Positions 21,534-35,679 of a stretch of DNA of 64,000 nt are shown here, one piece after another (positions within the stretch are counted from its first letter, which is position 1; every line of letters starts with the position of its first letter). The stretch comes from Macrostomum lignano (Eukaryota): the NCBI GenBank assembly GCA_002269645.1, contig NIVC01003072.1:57336-121335 (forward strand). The letters run 5' to 3'. Below the pieces are notes generated by a model that was not told where the DNA came from, ran no database searches, and was given only the letters and a program-made list of their open reading frames with translations. The position numbers and the translations under genes were made by a program.

Positions 21534-23281
21534 AAAATATTTAATGAAGAAATCCATCTATTGTTTCATTGTTTAATAAAACATCCATCCAAGATTGCGC
21601 AAGAATATTTAAGAGTAATGTATCTGATTTTCCTAATTAATGTAAATTTTCAGGTATTCCTAATCTCGTAACTATTTTAGCTTTTGAGATGAGTCTAAAT
21701 TTATTTACTGCACGTTCTACTGTTAGTAGACGCTGGTAAATGAGGTTTGAGTCTCGCTCCACGAATCTTGGTTGAATTCCGTGTGCGGAATTTGAAATAT
21801 TCAAATTCCAAGTGTGATCCTGTAGCACAAGCAGACACAGCTGTCACCCCAGCCCCGCAATCCCCTCCACCCCCCTGTTTCCTCGGCTCTGCACTGAGCT
21901 GGGATATTCGTCTGAGTACCTGACAGCAGCTCCGATCCTTCCCAAACTCAACAGCCAGTTCAAGGAGATCCAAAATCAGAATTAGGAGTGCCAAATTTTC
22001 CACTAAATGATCATAATTTCTTACACCCCAATGTGGCTATACAACCGATGCATCGGTCTCGCTGAGTCTCTTGGCTTCCTATATAAACCTCAACGCCAAT
22101 TTGTCTATGACAAAACTATTCTTGGATAGGGGTGTTCGGGTCGGCCATTTTTTCGGGGTTCGGGGTTTACCGGTACCCCTACCCCGAACCCCGAACCCCG
22201 TCCCGAACATTTCTTCCAACCCCGAACCCCGAACCAGGTACCAAAATCCGACCCGACCCCGAACGTAACCCCGAACATTTTCACGCTTATTTTGGTCAAT
22301 CATTTTAATAAATTAATACACGTTTTTCACCGATAAAGGTACAATATTCATTTGTACTTCACTTCAATTGTAAGCCTTTTGGGCGCGACGTTAGCTCATG
22401 AATGACTTGGGACAAACACAGGTTTATATTTGTTGTATAGGTGTAAATGGTATACTTCTTGCAATGGGATTGGGATTGAGATGGAAGGAATACCAAGACC
22501 CAAGATCTAATAGTAAGATACATGAAAGTTCACAACTAAAATCAGGACCATTTCGTACCTATACTTACAACGAAATTGCTTTCAAAGTAATATTACATCT
22601 ATGAGTTTATTTAAGCTGCAAAAATAGAGTACAATAAAATTAGATTATACCCTGTAGTGTAGTGTAGATATCAGTAGAGATAGAACTAGAGCGATAAAGA
22701 GATAGCACAGATAAAACAATGATACAATGAAACAGGAGAGTTAATCACAAATATATATTTATTTTTACTTTTGACTACAGTTAACAGTAAGTCAGTAGTG
22801 GTATAACAGAATTGCTATGTAAAAACAAAAGTGACGTCTTTACATAAAATTGTATGCTGATATGAGTAGGTAATCATTGTGATAATTGATTATTGGCGAC
22901 TGATGCGTGGAGAATAATAGTGTATTTATAAATTTTAAGCTTCCTCATCCAATCCAGAAGTTCAGACCATGTTACACGTAGCATGACCGGATTTTCAGTT
23001 CTCGGTTCAGTTCCGAAATTTAAATTAATTCACTCCGGATTGCCTCTAAATAGTTAGTGTATAAACAAAGTAAAAACATTTCTGCTCCAATTGCACTTAA
23101 ACAGCAAATAAAAAAGCATTGCCATTGCAATAAATATTTAAATAATATTATTTTTTGATGATAGTTTTACATTTTATTGTAATTTTTTCGTCAGTCATTT
23201 TAGCGCGCATATGAAACTTATGCATACGAAATTCAAAAGCACATTGCTTTCGAATTGCTTGGAGAATGCCTAAGGCAAAGG

Positions 23282-23461
23282 CAGTGGCGCAACCAGGTGG
23301 GGGGCGGGGGCGGTCGCCACCCTCTTATAGGCGCGGAGACCCAAAAAATCAAAGAATCAGAGGGGGGACCAAGCGAATTTTCGCCAAAACAGAGCCACCC
23401 CTCTCCCGGGACTTTACCCTCCAAAATCCGCCCCCTCATAAAATTTCTGGTTGCACTACTG
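23282..23461. mobile_element. 180-bp MITE nested in the hAT element
   Basis: TIR CAGTGGCGCAACCAG / CTGGTTGCACTACTG (13/15 match); no clear TSD. Confidence 0.65.
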
Positions 23462-23879
23462 AACGAAAGTTTCCTTACACACCCTCTCTTCAATATAAAT
23501 TTATAATTATATTATATTTCAATATAAAATTATAATATTTTACATATTATAATTTTAATTTTAATTTTAATTTTAATTACATGTATATATAATTATATAA
23601 TTAAAAAAGATATTTAATTTATCTGCACTTTCTTTGAAAATTTAATCTCATAAGAATAAAATATAAGCATAAAAGTCATGCTCAAATGTCTTTTGCTGAG
23701 CAAAACTGTCACTCTATAATGATGGTATTAAATATTTACGCGTAGATGAACTTTGTTTTAGTTTTTAGTTACTCTTAAGACTAGAAAAAAATTACCTGGG
23801 ACTATATGAAGTATAACTTGTTTTAACTAATTGTTTTACTTAAATGAATAAAAAATATATACACTGTAAAAGTTAGCTC

Positions 23880-24400
23880 ATAACAGCAACAACTTAACAA
23901 CAAATTATGCAGCTAGCAATCAAAGTCACAGAGCAGGGTGCTTCAGATGGCGCGCCGCAGAGCCTGAGAGCGGACGAAGTCCGCCCCGTTGGCAGTGTCG
24001 GGCGCCCTGGCGTCGCGTACGTAGGAGGCAGTCCACGTATCGACGGGTTTGGGCCTGACCCCGCCTGAGCAGGCCCTGCAGAGTGAGCAACAGGACGTCC
24101 TGAACAGGTTTTGGCGTGTTGACAACCAGTCCGACGCTCAATGCCACCTTGACCAACCTGTCGATCTGGCGGGATGCCACCTTGAACGGACGAGGACAGG
24201 AGGGCGAGTTCGTCGGCGTAGCCAAGCAAATAATAATAAGGCGCTTTTCGCCGTGGCGGCGACCGATGCGTCTGCGCAGCGCAGGAAGCCGTCGTTAGTC
24301 GAGGAGACTGCGGTCCGAAGCACCCAGTGGCAGCAGCACGAAGAGAAACGGCGCCAAAGTGTCGCCATGCAGAACTCCTGATGAAGTGTCGAACTGATGA
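23880..24400 (-). mobile_element. Degenerate, internally deleted RTE-clade LINE fragment nested in the hAT element
   Basis: RT motifs GVLHGDTLAPFLF and LGYADELALL, joined directly to C-terminal PVQDVLLLTLQ...RYVDCL (same family as 38120-38611). Frameshifted, with a decayed (TGT)n tail near 23885-23905. Confidence 0.85.
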
Positions 24401-26899
24401 TGATTTACATGTATGTAATCGCCCTACTAGTGAACCGTCTTCTCATGGGGGAAGGATCAGATCGTATGACTATGGATGGCTGCCAGCCGTCTATGACCAG
24501 ACTATGACCGACAGATCGCCCTTCAGGTTGTCCCGCCCATGCATATTGATAACAATTTTTGGTAGTGCTATATTAGAGACGCGGTAAGGACCCAAATGTG
24601 CCCCATCGATAGCTAAGGTGCAAATATTGATCATCGGGTTATTGCATGACCCACTGGCTGCCACCACTCTGTGACCTGGCGAACCTGGATCTACGGTATG
24701 ACCAGACCTGGCGAGGCCGGAGCCCCGCCTGGGATGGGTATCAAGGGTTGGAGCTAGCGGCGAGCAGCATGCAGCCGAATAGCTATAATAGGAATCTGCT
24801 TGGGCACAAATCGGGAACTCCGGGATCATACAGACGGATTTTTATCAGGGGATCCTTTTAAGGCTGTGATGACATACGGTTCAGATTGCAAAAAGTACAT
24901 GTAGTGTATAGAGAAAACGTAGAACAGCTATACATGTACATCTAGTTGTGTAAATGAATCCATGGTTCTATCTGCTATTTCCGTTTCAAATTGTATGTAA
25001 AATATAACTTAAGTTGTACCTGAAACTCAACGCATATCTTTCGCATTGTGGATTTTGCATAAGGAGTAAAAAGTGCTTGAAAATACTCTTGAGAATGATA
25101 ATTGTTCAAAACCCCGAAAAGCCGGTGGCCAAACCCGACCCGAACCGCGAACCCGGTACCCCTACCCCGAACCCCGAACCCGGTACCAAAACCCGACCCG
25201 AAACCCGACCCGACCCCGAACCCCGAACACCCCTATTCTTGGAGTAAGATTTGCTAATCCTGCTTCTAGTTTCTATAGGATCCCCTTGGCCAGCCCTCGA
25301 GCGGACCCATAGCTTTACTAGCCACATTGAGAATCGATATAAGGGAGAGAACTGTGAGAGGCACAGCTCAATGGGCTTATGCTTCCCGGCTCTAACCCTG
25401 TGAATTGCAGACAGGAAACTGCAACAAGGAGAGGCGGTTACTGCAGCACAGGCAGGAGTGGCGGCAGGTGTGGCGGCTCTGTAAAATGCTTGAACAGCTA
25501 GCGAATTCCTATAACTATAAATGGGAGAAAGGAAAAATTATAGAAATTCCTAAGCGAGAAAAAAATCAAAAACTGCTGACGCCGAATGAGCTGTGGAGCT
25601 GTGAGCGAGACAGTGACAGACTGAGCTGCCAAGTTGGAAACCCAATCCATTGTAAAAGCAGATTTTCTCTGTTGAGGGAAAAATGCAAAAAAAGGTTGTA
25701 TCCAAAGTTTCATTTTGCACTTGGCGCTGTCCACTTTTCGCGTCTCAGTCGACAGCAGACACTTCAGAGTAACTAACGGAATTTTACATACACTTTAATA
25801 CACAGCGACTTGTCAAAAACACAAGACAAGAGGAAGTATATTTTCACACAGAAGCATCCAACTTAGTGCATGTCTATGGACGAAACCCCCGAAGAAGCGT
25901 TTATAATTTGTCAAATTTTGCTTGTCACTTTTGTCACTTGTCGATTTGTCAAGTTGGAAATTTTGTCCGACATATGCTTTATGAAATAGGCCCCAGGCAT
26001 GTACACTCTGTGCCTTGGCAGGTTGGCCCCTCATGGAGTCTAATTAATGTACATAAAACATCTATAGAATTACACCGTAGATCACAAGGTCAGTCATCAT
26101 GTAAATTCCAATTTAATAATAAGATTAATTATAGTTCAGGCCCGGGGTTCTGATAATTGGATACTAAAAAATTATTTATGAGCCTACACAAATCGATAGG
26201 TAATTGATCATGCTGGCATGACTATCTATGGATAGGGTAAGGTAGTCAATAAAAAGCTTGCTAATTGAATTTGGGCTCTACCCCTATCCCCAATATGATA
26301 TTTCAGTATCATCACCTCTCTTAGAGAGAATTTCAGAATATCGTCATTAATTGCAGTTCCACACACACAGGAAACCCAGAAATTTAATGCTGCATCCCAC
26401 AGTCTGGGACTCAGCCCACACTCTCTGGATTTTGAGCACTTTTTATACGAGTTCGAATACGCTTGGGAAAAATTTCCTCCTCAAATTTTTTTAAGTAAAA
26501 AACTTTCTGCTATTAAACTTTTTGCTGGGCTATTGCGCACGCGAATCGAGGGTACAGGGAGTGAGCTAGCGATTTAAAATCCGGGGTCGCTGCACACCCT
26601 GTATAAGTAAACTGCTTCGAAAGAGAAATTCACATGTAGCCAGTATAAAGTTTTGTACAGACAATGAGTCGTATTTAAAAAGTTTTTAAAGATTAAAATG
26701 CTTCAGTCTTTCAGAAGAAAGGCATTTTTCAAGTCGGCTCTTTAATCCCTTAAAGTCTGTTTTCTAGCCTAAGATCCCAGTATCAGCATCCCCTTTAAGC
26801 CTTGGCATTGCAGGATTTCACATTGATTGATGGCACCTTAGCAACTCCCCTTTAGTCATGACCGAAGCCTAACTCTCTCTCTCTCTCTCTGATGCTTGG

Positions 26900-27140
26900 T
26901 CTCTCAGCAATTCCCCCAGTAAGCCTTGGCATCTCCGCAAACCCCCCGTGAGCCTAGACATCTCAGCAAACTCCCCCCCGTGAGCCTTGGCATCTCAGCA
27001 AACTCCCCCCGTGAGCCTAGACATCTCAGCAAACTCCCCCCCCGTGAGCCTTGGCATCTCAGCAAACCCCCCCCGTGAGCCTAGGAATCTCAGCAACTCC
27101 CCCCGTGAACCTTGACATCTCAGCAACTTCCCCCGTTAGC
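26900..27140. repeat. ~30-bp minisatellite
   Basis: GTGAGCCTTGGCATCTCAGCAAACCCCCCC variants. Confidence 0.8.
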
Positions 27141-27216
27141 CTTGTTCGTTTTCCTTAAGTTTAAGAGTCAAAGTTCAGGGAAGGGGAATAAGTATGTCGG
27201 TGAGTAGGGGGCCAGA

Positions 27217-29118
27217 GTGTGTCTACCGCAACTATCTACCCTACTACAAGTGTGTCTAGTAAGCAAATATTTACCCTACCACAAGTGTATCTACTACAGC
27301 AAATATCTACCCTACTACAAGTGTGTCTACTACAGCAACTATCTACCCTACTACAAGTGTGTCTACTACAGCAACTATCTACCCTACTACAAGTGTGTCT
27401 ACTACAGCAACTATCTACCCTACTACAAGTGTGTCTACTACAGCAACTATCTACCCTACTACAAGTGTGTCTACTACAGCAACTATCTACCCTACTACAA
27501 GTGTGTCTACTACAGCAACTATCTACCCTACTACAAGTGTGTCTACTACAGCAACTATCTACCCTACTACAAGTGTGTCTTCTACAGCAAATATCTACCC
27601 TACTACAAGTGTGTCTACTACAGCAAATATCTACCCTACTACAAGTGTGTCTGCTACAGCAAATATCTACCCTACTACAAGTGTGTCTACTACAGCAAAT
27701 ATCTACCCTACTACAAGTGTATCTACTACAGCAAATATCTACCCTACTACAAGTGTGTCTACTACAGCAACTATCTACCCTACTACAAGTGTGTCTGCTA
27801 CAGCAACTATCTACCCTACTACAAGTGTGTCTTCTACAGCAAATATCTACCCTACTACAAGTGTGTCTACTACAGCAAATATCTACCCTACTACAAGTGT
27901 GTCTACTACAGCAACTATCTACCCTACTACAAGTGTGTCTACTACAGCAACTATCTACCCTACTACAAGTGTATCTACTACAGCAAATATCTACCCTACT
28001 ACAAGTGTGTCTACTACAGCAACTATCTACCCTACTACAAGTGTGTCTACTACAGCAACTATCTACCCTACTACAAGTGTGTCTACTACAGCAAATATCT
28101 ACCCTACTACAAGTGTGTCTACTACAGCAACTATCTACCCTACTACAAGTGTGTCTTCTACAGCAACTATCTACCCTACTACAAGTGTGTCTTCTACAGC
28201 AAATATCTACCCTACTACAAGTGTGTCTACTACAGCAACTATCTACCCTACTACAAGTGTGTCTACTACAGCAAATATCTACCCTACTACAAGTGTGTCT
28301 ACTACAGCAACTATCTACCCTACTACAAGTGTATCTACTACAGCAAATATCTACCCTACTACAAGTGTGTCTACTACAGCAACTATCTACCCTACTACAA
28401 GTGTGTCTACTACAGCAACTATCTACCCTACTACAAGTGTATCTACTACAGCAACTATCTACCCTACTACAAGTGTGTCTACTACAGCAAATATCTACCC
28501 TACTACAAGTGTGTCTACTACAGCAACTATCTACCCTACTACAAGTGTATCTACTACAGCAAATATCTACCCTACTACAAGTGTGTCTACTACAGCAAAT
28601 ATCTACCCTACTACAAGTGTGTCTACTACAGCAACTATCTACCCTACTACAAGTGTGTCTACTACAGCAAATATCTACCCTACTACAAGTGTGTCTACTA
28701 CAGCAACTATCTACCCTACTACAAGTGTATCTACTACAGCAACTATCTACCCTACTACAAGTGTATCTACTACAGCAACTATCTACCCTACTACAAGTGT
28801 ATCTACTACAGCAACTATCTACCCTACTACAAGTGTATCTACTACAGCAAATATCTACCCTACTACAAGTGTATCTACTACAGCAACTATCTACCCTACT
28901 ACAAGTGTATCTTCTACAGCAAATATCTACCCTACTACAAGTGTATCTACTACAGCAACTATCTACCCTACTACAAGTGTATCTACTACAGCAACTATCT
29001 ACCCTACTACAAGTGTATCTACTACAGCAACTATCTACCCTACTACAAGTGTATCTACTACAGCAACTATCTACCCTACTACAAGTGTGTCTGCTACAGC
29101 AACTATCTACCCTACTAA
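27217..29118. repeat. 36-bp minisatellite, ~52 copies
   Basis: GTGTGTCTACTACAGCAACTATCTACCCTACTACAA with three recurring variable sites. Confidence 0.95.
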
Positions 29119-29805
29119 ACACCAAAGGCGATCTTAGCAAGCAGCAGTATCTCGAGTACTATCTCATCTCCGGTACAGCGCCAGTCTCTCTAGTGTAGCA
29201 CTTGCAACGCCAAGCAGCTAAGCAAATATTGCAGCATGGCTCCGCTCTTCTCTCGGGGCCCATGCAGTGCAATATATTCTACTAGAAGAAGCTGCGAGCT
29301 CTTATCTCGTCTGGGAACACGAACAGACGCTAGCAGATGGTAAGCCTGACAACCAGCCCTCCGTGTTGTATGTAGCAAATAATTAATCCCGAAAATCCCA
29401 ACAGGTCTTAGACTCGCTCTTCTGCTGAGCAAATTTTGTCTCAATCTGAATGAATTTGACTGAAGTTGACATCGATTGAACAGTTGAAGAATATAGTTTG
29501 TCAGCTTTCTGCTTTCGCTTGCTATCATTCCCAGCTCACACTGGCAGCGTGTGTGTGCATATTCTTTACTTCAATTCCTGGCAAGACGCATAAAAGAAAG
29601 GCGTTCCATTTTTTGGATTCTTTCTTTTAGAAGCAGCTGCTTTCAGTCACTCTCTCTCTCTCTCTTCCTGTCTCTCCTTTTGTCTTGCTGCTTGTTGCAT
29701 TCCCCAACAGCTAGTGTCACTGTAAACATATTGCTGCAGCTACTCCAGCCCCCCCCCCAGCGACGTGTGTGGCCCTCATAGTCAGCTGACTCAAATGCAC
29801 ACAGG

Positions 29806-30022
<217 letters not shown>

Positions 30023-30499
30023 GTGGGAGAATTTTCCTCCCCATTTAAGCGCTGCAAGCCGGGGTGAGAGTGAATGGCTGCATTATTATTCCACCCATAG
30101 TTTTTCCTACTATCCCCATTCTCCCATTTCTTTACCATTCTTTCCCTCAAGCCATCCCACAGGGCAACTATTGCTGGATCGAACTGGATATTTGCTTCCC
30201 TTCTCCCCCAGTTTCCCTGTCCGGCAACACGTCCCCAATCGTGCAGTTTCCCCAGTTGGCCTGTATTGGCCCAGTTTGAGTCAGTTTGAGTCCAACCCGT
30301 TGAATATTTAAGCAGTGCTGGGGTCTGAAGTTAGCCGGAATGGTTGGGACAGAGCAACAATGAACTGGGGTGCTGCCTCGGATACTATCATAATAGGGAG
30401 GCTGCGATGACATTTTTGAGTCGGTTTTATAGAGCCAAGCTCTTAACTAGCTCTGTTTTGTTTAATAGTAAGACAAAATATGCTTATTGTGATCAATGG

Positions 30500-30850
30500 T
30501 CCTAGGCTAGATATTGAGGAGAGTAGCATTGATAATGAGGGTTGTATGATAGATAATGAGGAGTGTAGGATAAATAATGAGGACTGTAGGATAGATAATG
30601 AGGAATATAGGATAGATAATGAAGAGTGTAGGATAGATAATGAGGAGTGTAGGATAGATAATGAGGACTGTAGGATAGATAAGGAGGAATATAGGATAGA
30701 TAAGGAGGAATATAGGATAGATAAGGAGGAATATAGGATAGATAGTGAGGAATATAGGATAGATAATGAAGATTGTAGGATAGATAATGAGGAATATAGG
30801 ATAGACAATGAGTACTATATATAGGATAGATGATGAGGAGTGTAGGATTC
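30500..30850. repeat. 21-bp minisatellite
   Basis: GATAATGAGGAGTGTAGGATA variants. Confidence 0.9.
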
Positions 30851-31569
30851 AGTTTTGTTCATAGAACATAAAACTTTAATAATCGATACTACTTTGCTAG
30901 AAAGCAAACTGATAACTTGAAATAAGGCCACTGTTTCAAGCCTGACATTCTGTTTACCAGACTTAATTAGAGCAGACAATTGAGTAGAAGAAAATTTTCA
31001 TCATTAAATCCAAGCAAAGCTGCTCAGTAAGCCTTGCTCTACTGCAGAGTTTCTCAGCTCTCTGTGGCCTGCAGTGAAAGTGAGACTAAATTATAATACT
31101 TTTTTCACACTACAGCAATAATTGCAGCTTAGGTCATGGGTTGGGTGTGTGCCAGTTTGCATGACTCAAACAGAGTTTTGAGTGATAGGTGGAATTGGCG
31201 CCGTATTATCAAATTTCTAGCACAGCCAACAACGGCTTAAGCTATAGCTATTCGAGACCAATATTGCTGCTTCCAGAGTTTTTTGTTATTGTTCTACCCA
31301 GGAGCAGCACAGCTCTGCGCCTTGAGCAGAGCGCGTACTGCACTTTTATATTTCATGCTCCACTCGTGTTCACCCGATCAACATACTCGGACGCTGGTAC
31401 GTCTAGCTGTATCGCTCCTCTCGGATACAAATAAGCATTTTCGATTTCTGATGCAAGTGTTTTTTATTCCCCAGCTACATCACGCATCAGTTCTTAAAAA
31501 TTGAAGTATCACTTACGATACTTGTACCTAAAGTCACCAAATAGAATATTGAAATAATAGAATAGAATA

Positions 31570-31915
31570 CAGAGTCACCTATTACATTACAGAGTCACCA
31601 GTTACATTACATAGTCACCAATTACATTACAGAGTCACCAGTTACATTACAGAGTCACCAGTTACATTACAGAGTCACCAGTTACATTACAGAGTCACCA
31701 GTTACATTACAGAGTCACCAGTTACATTACATAGTCACCAGTTACATTACAGAGTCACCAATTACAGTACAGAGTCACCAATTACAGTACAGAGTCAACA
31801 ATTATATTACAGAGTCACCAATTACATTAGAGTCACCAATTACAGTACAGAGTCACCAATTTCATTACAGAGTCACCAGTTACATTACAGAGTCACCAAT
31901 TCCATTACAGAGATT
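31570..31915. repeat. 20-bp minisatellite
   Basis: TTACATTACAGAGTCACCAG tandem copies. Confidence 0.9.
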
Positions 31916-32169
31916 TTGACACACATGCAAATCAAGACAGACTTAAATACAGTGCTGGGAATCGAAGCAAGGGGACTTGAGTACGAGAGACACTTCGAAT
32001 TAGCCTTATGTTTTAGATTGGAAGCATAATTTATCCACATATTTATTTGATAAAATGCAAAGTTCCTGTCACTGTCGACCAATGGTCCGCATAGGCCCGT
32101 GAAGCCTCTCTATCCGGCCCTCGGGTCCTTTGAAACTTCACACTAGCAATCCGGGGTTCGCGTCATTTC

Positions 32170-32595
32170 ATCTTTCTTCTCGGTTCTCTCCTATCTCCTT
32201 TCTCCCCTCTCGTCTATTCTCTTTTCTCTCTCCTCTCTCTCTCTCACCTCTCCCATACTCTTTAATCTCTCCTCTACTCTCTCCTCTCTCTCCTCACCCC
32301 TCTCTCCTCTCTCCTCGGTCTTCTCATGTCTCCTCTCTCCTCTTTCCTCTCCTCTTATCTCTCCTCTCCTCTTCTCTCTCCTCTTCTCTCTCTCTCCTCT
32401 CCTCTCATCTCATCTCTCCTCTCCTTCCTCCTTTCTCCTCTCTCTTCTCATCTCTTTCATCTCCTCTCTTATCTCGTATCCTCTTCTCTCTTATCTCTTC
32501 TCTCATCGCAGCTCTCATCCCGCATCGCGCCTTTCACATCACATCTCATCTCTTCTCATATACTGTATCCTCTTCTCTCTCCTCTATTTTCTCTC
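32170..32595. repeat. CT-rich low-complexity tract
   Basis: Almost purely pyrimidine (CTCTCCT) on the plus strand. Confidence 0.85.
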
Positions 32596-33143
32596 GTGCG
32601 AAATCGTCTATGGTGAAAACCCAGTCAGCGCTACGCAGAAAATCAAATCTTCAATTTTATAATTTGGGATTCAGAGTCCAGCTGGGGGAGATAACCGGGA
32701 TTTCAGTGCCATCAAAACTGACAGTTTCATATTATAAAAATATCCTATAAAACTGGTGTTTAAAATGAATTGCAACAGGACAGTCGTTTATTAATAGGAT
32801 AGTTTTAACGATTCAATCACCATATATAGCATTCGTCGCTAGTTTATTTAAGTATTTATTTAAAATTATTGATTATCATAAGACTTATTAAGTTAATTAG
32901 AGAGAATGGAGATAATAAATTTCTAAGGTTTAGATTTGGTCAAAAAAGCAGTTCAAACACAGTGATGACAGCTTTGGATTAGAGGGCCCTGACAGATTGT
33001 GGTATAAATAATGATAATAGCAATAGCAATACATTAGATTCTAACAATGCAGTCAGCTTTTTTCAGATTATAAATATTTATAGTTTCAGTTTGCTCAAAT
33101 AATATCCGGACGCAGCCTCATCAAGCCGTCAGTCAGTAGTTGC

Positions 33144-33605
33144 TCAGGCGTGGAAGATCTTCATCTTGGCAGCCATGTTGTTGAACTCGTCGAAGCTGAT
33201 GGCGCCGTCTTTGTCGGTGTCAGCCTCGTTCAGCATCTGCTGCAGCTGCTCGTCGGAGAGGCCCTCCTTCAGGATGTCGTTCATGACAGCCCGGAGCTCC
33301 TGCAGGGAGATCACGCCGTCCTTGTTCTGGTCCAGCAGCTGGAAGATCTTCTCCTTCTCGGACTGGGGCCGGTGCCCGCCCTTGGACAGGAAGCTGTTCA
33401 TCATGTTGACGAACTCGCCGAATTCCAGGGTGCCGTTCTCGTTCTTGTCGAACTCTTTGATGAGAGCTTCGGCCTCAACTCGGGTGATGGTGTGTCCGGC
33501 GGCGCGGATCAGGTTCACCAGCTCCTTGGCCTCGATGGTGCCATTGCCATTAGCATCGGCGCTGTCGAACACCTTCTTCAGAACTTGTTCGCTCTCGCTG
33601 GCCAT
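33144..33605 (-). CDS. Second intronless calmodulin-like protein, 4 EF-hands (153 aa), paralog of 20594-21094
   Basis: EF loops DANGNGTIEAKE, DKNENGTLEFGE, DQNKDGVISLQE and DTDKDGAISFDE. Shares AG..(L/I)TR.EA..LI.EFDKN, MND.L.EGLS and an M(R/K)IF C-terminus with the other copy. Confidence 0.93.
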   Translation of the reverse strand: MASESEQVLKKVFDSADANGNGTIEAKELVNLIRAAGHTITRVEAEALIKEFDKNENGTLEFGEFVNMMNSFLSKGGHRPQSEKEKIFQLLDQNKDGVISLQELRAVMNDILKEGLSDEQLQQMLNEADTDKDGAISFDEFNNMAAKMKIFHA

Positions 33606-35679
33606 GGCTTGTTAATTTTCGAGTCTGCAATGGAGCTGGAAGGAAACCGACTGAAGGAATGGTTTGCAGCAGCAGCAAGGGGCTTGGCCTGTGGGGGCAG
33701 TTTTATTCCCCCCTTCGCTGGATCGTTTGGCGGAGGGGGGGAGGGGAGATTTGAGGGGCGCCAGACCTCGCGCTGAAGCTCATTGGCCTAAAGCAGTTGT
33801 CAGAGCCAGAGTTGAGTACTGAGCCAAGGAGATCCAGATTCAGCAATCTGGAGAGGAAGCTCTATTGCCTGGAGCGGATCGTGGGACTCTAAAATTACTA
33901 GGGCATGGTGTGTGCACGAAAAAATGATCCAGCGGTTTGTAGTGCGATTAAAGGAGCTTAAAAAGGGACCTGTTTATGCGCGAAACAGATTCTAACGTGG
34001 TCTGACTACAGCTATTGGCTACTCAAATCATTGAACTCTCCGCTTTAAGGAAATGACAGAAGCATTTTTGTTGCAGGAACTAACATAGGGGATTAATACT
34101 CTGTCAGACAGTAAACCCGTGCGAGCTAGAAGTCCTCCACTTCCGTATACTCGTAGCTATGCTTTAGACCAGTCTGCTCCCACAGATTAGCTGCTGTGCT
34201 CCGCACAACCGTGCCTAAAGCCGAGCGCGAGTCCTGACTGCAGTGAACAAACAGTGGAGTTATAGTTTGCGTGCGAGTCCATGGACTGCTGCTGGATAAT
34301 ATCTGGACAGCGAGCTAATGCAAATGCATATAGAGTCGATTAAAGTTATAGGGAGTCTCCAAGTGTCTTTAAAACCTTAGAACGCATTGCAGACATGAAG
34401 AATGCAAAATATGCAAAAATCGGGACCCAGAGACTCCCAGGTCTAATCTGGACTCAGAGACACCAAATGTCTAATCGGGACTCGAAGACTCCCAGGTCTA
34501 ATCGGGACTCAGAGACACCAAATGTCCAATCGGGACTCACAGACACCAAAAAGGTCTAATCTGGACTCAATCTCTAATCGGGGCTAAGTTAAATAGTATT
34601 TCAGTATTTGGGGTTGATTAACATCCTTCCAGTCCAGACACTCGACTGCGGTAGTCTTCGGTTGCAACAGGCGGCGCCAGAAAAAAGCCGAATGCAAAGA
34701 GAGAAAAAAGAAGCAACAAAAACACTGCCCCGGCCTATCTCTGCTTTGGCTCTCGTTCGCTTTAATTTTCCAAAAAAACCTCCTCTCTGTGGTCCTCAGG
34801 CCATCTCCACGTTCGGCCTAGCTATCGATTCATGAATAATTAATAAGCTTTTTCCCCAAGCCTTTTTCCCTTCCTGAGGGCCGAGAAGCAGAGAGGAGCA
34901 AGATCATACATCGGCCTGGCAGAGATCAGGGATGCGGTGTCCCGGGAAGAGATATGGGCGCTGAGAGAGCAGCGAAAACCACAAAACCGGCGTGTACAAC
35001 GAAAATCACACTAAAATCACTCAATTAGAAAAATAATTGCAGGAGAAGGGCTGCGGGCTCCCCGGAGACATCGGGCCCACAACCAGCTCTGCACGAGGGA
35101 ACGCACTCGTTGAACACGCTCACACAGGCTGTGCAGCGGTCCTGACTGTTAAATCGGTCAGACATGTACACTCTCTAAGCCTTGGGGGCTGGGCCCTCAT
35201 GGGGTGTAGATCGCACGACAACCCATTGGACAATGTTTAGTGCACAGGCAAGCCTCAAATTAATGTATTGTAGCACCGCGCACAGATTCGAACCCAGGGG
35301 TCGTGACGAGAAAATCAGACGCGTTCATCGATCTGAGCTGCCTCTGCTTCGAGACCTTGGCTAGGCCATAAAAATATAACTGAACCCGTAATAAAATACG
35401 AAATCGATTGAAAAAAGCTTTCTGCATGAGCCCCCCCCTTCCAGGGAGCAGAGAGGAGAAGCAAGGTGATTGTAAAGATTGCTTTTGCAAGGAGCTTGTA
35501 AATTTGCTAGCAATTTTTCCCAGATATTTATGAGCAGAGTGCTTTGAGCTATAAGAAATTCTCAGGTTTTTACCAACTGCACCAAGTTTGATGCTGTCAA
35601 CTGCCGCTGTTACAGACTGTATAGAGATTCTGTAGACATACCCGTGGAATTTAGGAGACTTTCAGTTTAGTGGTTGCCA

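Larger units (their letters stand above)
22127..25235. mobile_element. Non-autonomous hAT DNA transposon (3109 bp) with nested inserts
   Basis: Perfect 14-bp TIR TAGGGGTGTTCGGG / CCCGAACACCCCTA and perfect 8-bp TSD TTCTTGGA (22119-22126, 25236-25243). Both ends carry clusters of CCCGAA/CCCGAC subterminal motifs. No transposase ORF. Confidence 0.92.

Noticed and set aside
34600-35520. GC-balanced island with short ORFs upstream of the second calmodulin-like gene
   Set aside because: No recognisable domain, TIR/LTR or consistent splice structure.
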